DNA of 64,000 bases from Isurus oxyrinchus (Eukaryota): positions 1,550,001 to 1,614,000 of the forward strand of contig JANJGN010000071.1 of NCBI GenBank assembly GCA_026770705.1, read 5' to 3'. The notes under the pieces were generated by a model. It did no database searches. It was not told the DNA's origin and was given only the letters and a program-made list of their open reading frames with translations. The position numbers were made by a program, and so were the translations under genes. Shown piece by piece: positions 63,461 through 64,000 of this stretch (the first letter of the stretch is position 1; each line of letters starts with the position of its first letter).

Positions 63461-64000
63461 TTGTTGCCGTGCAATGCATTTATTGCGAGGCTGTTGCACA
63501 CACGCCCTGTCGATGGACCCTCCGAATTACCATTCTGAATCGAGGCAAATCAACTTTCCTGCAACAACTTGCATTTATATGGCACACTTAATGTAACAAA
63601 CTGTCCCAAATCTCTTCAGGGGATTGTTACCTACATATAAATCCATCTCAGAGACACATAATGAGGTATTAGGGACAGGTGACAAAAAGCTGATTTCACA
63701 AAGCCAGTTAATNNNNNNNNNNNNNNNNNNNNNNNNNNNNNNNNNNNNNNNNNNNNNNNNNNNNNNNNNNNNNNNNNNNNNNNNNNNNNNNNNNNNNNNN
63801 NNNNNNNNNNNNNNNNNNNNNNNNNNNNNNNNNNNNNNNNNNNNNNNNNNNNNNNNNNNNNNNNNNNNNNNNNNNNNNNNNNNNNNNNNNNNACTGAATC
63901 TCTGTCCCCAATGACTCAGCATCAAGTCGTCACTGGGGAAACATTTCATTCCAAACCACACCAACCACAGACCCATTCAGTCCCTTCCTCCCTCTCTCCC

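Overview
Eukaryotic, intron-containing DNA, very likely from a cartilaginous fish (inferred from the CR1/SINE/Penelope-type repeats and minisatellites). The window holds a cluster of Siglec-like (CD33-related/CD22/MAG family) Ig receptor genes that the ORF track shows only as fragments. Gene D (minus strand, 59372->38950) splices into an apparently intact ~1504-aa receptor: leader, sialic-acid-binding V-set domain with the essential Arg, a second Ig domain, 12 near-identical tandem 282-nt C2 exons, an uncharged TM and a tail with ITIM (LFYANI) plus ITSM (TEYAQI). Facing it on the plus strand are relatives with almost the same ectodomain exons. Genes A and C end in a TM carrying an Arg and a 13-aa tyrosine-free tail (activating type); A is 5'-incomplete in this window, C is disrupted, and B is a truncated pseudogene. 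Together this looks like a shark paired inhibitory/activating Siglec system in two inverted sub-arrays. Between them lie a MAG/sialoadhesin-like V-domain gene (E) broken by a Gypsy element and the first two exons of a small secreted-peptide gene with hepcidin-like promoter and exon layout (mature Cys-rich exon not found). The rest is LINE/LTR/MITE fragments, 33-, 37- and ~40-bp minisatellites, a 3.5-kb ~70-bp satellite and three N gaps. All gene models were spliced by hand and have no expression support.
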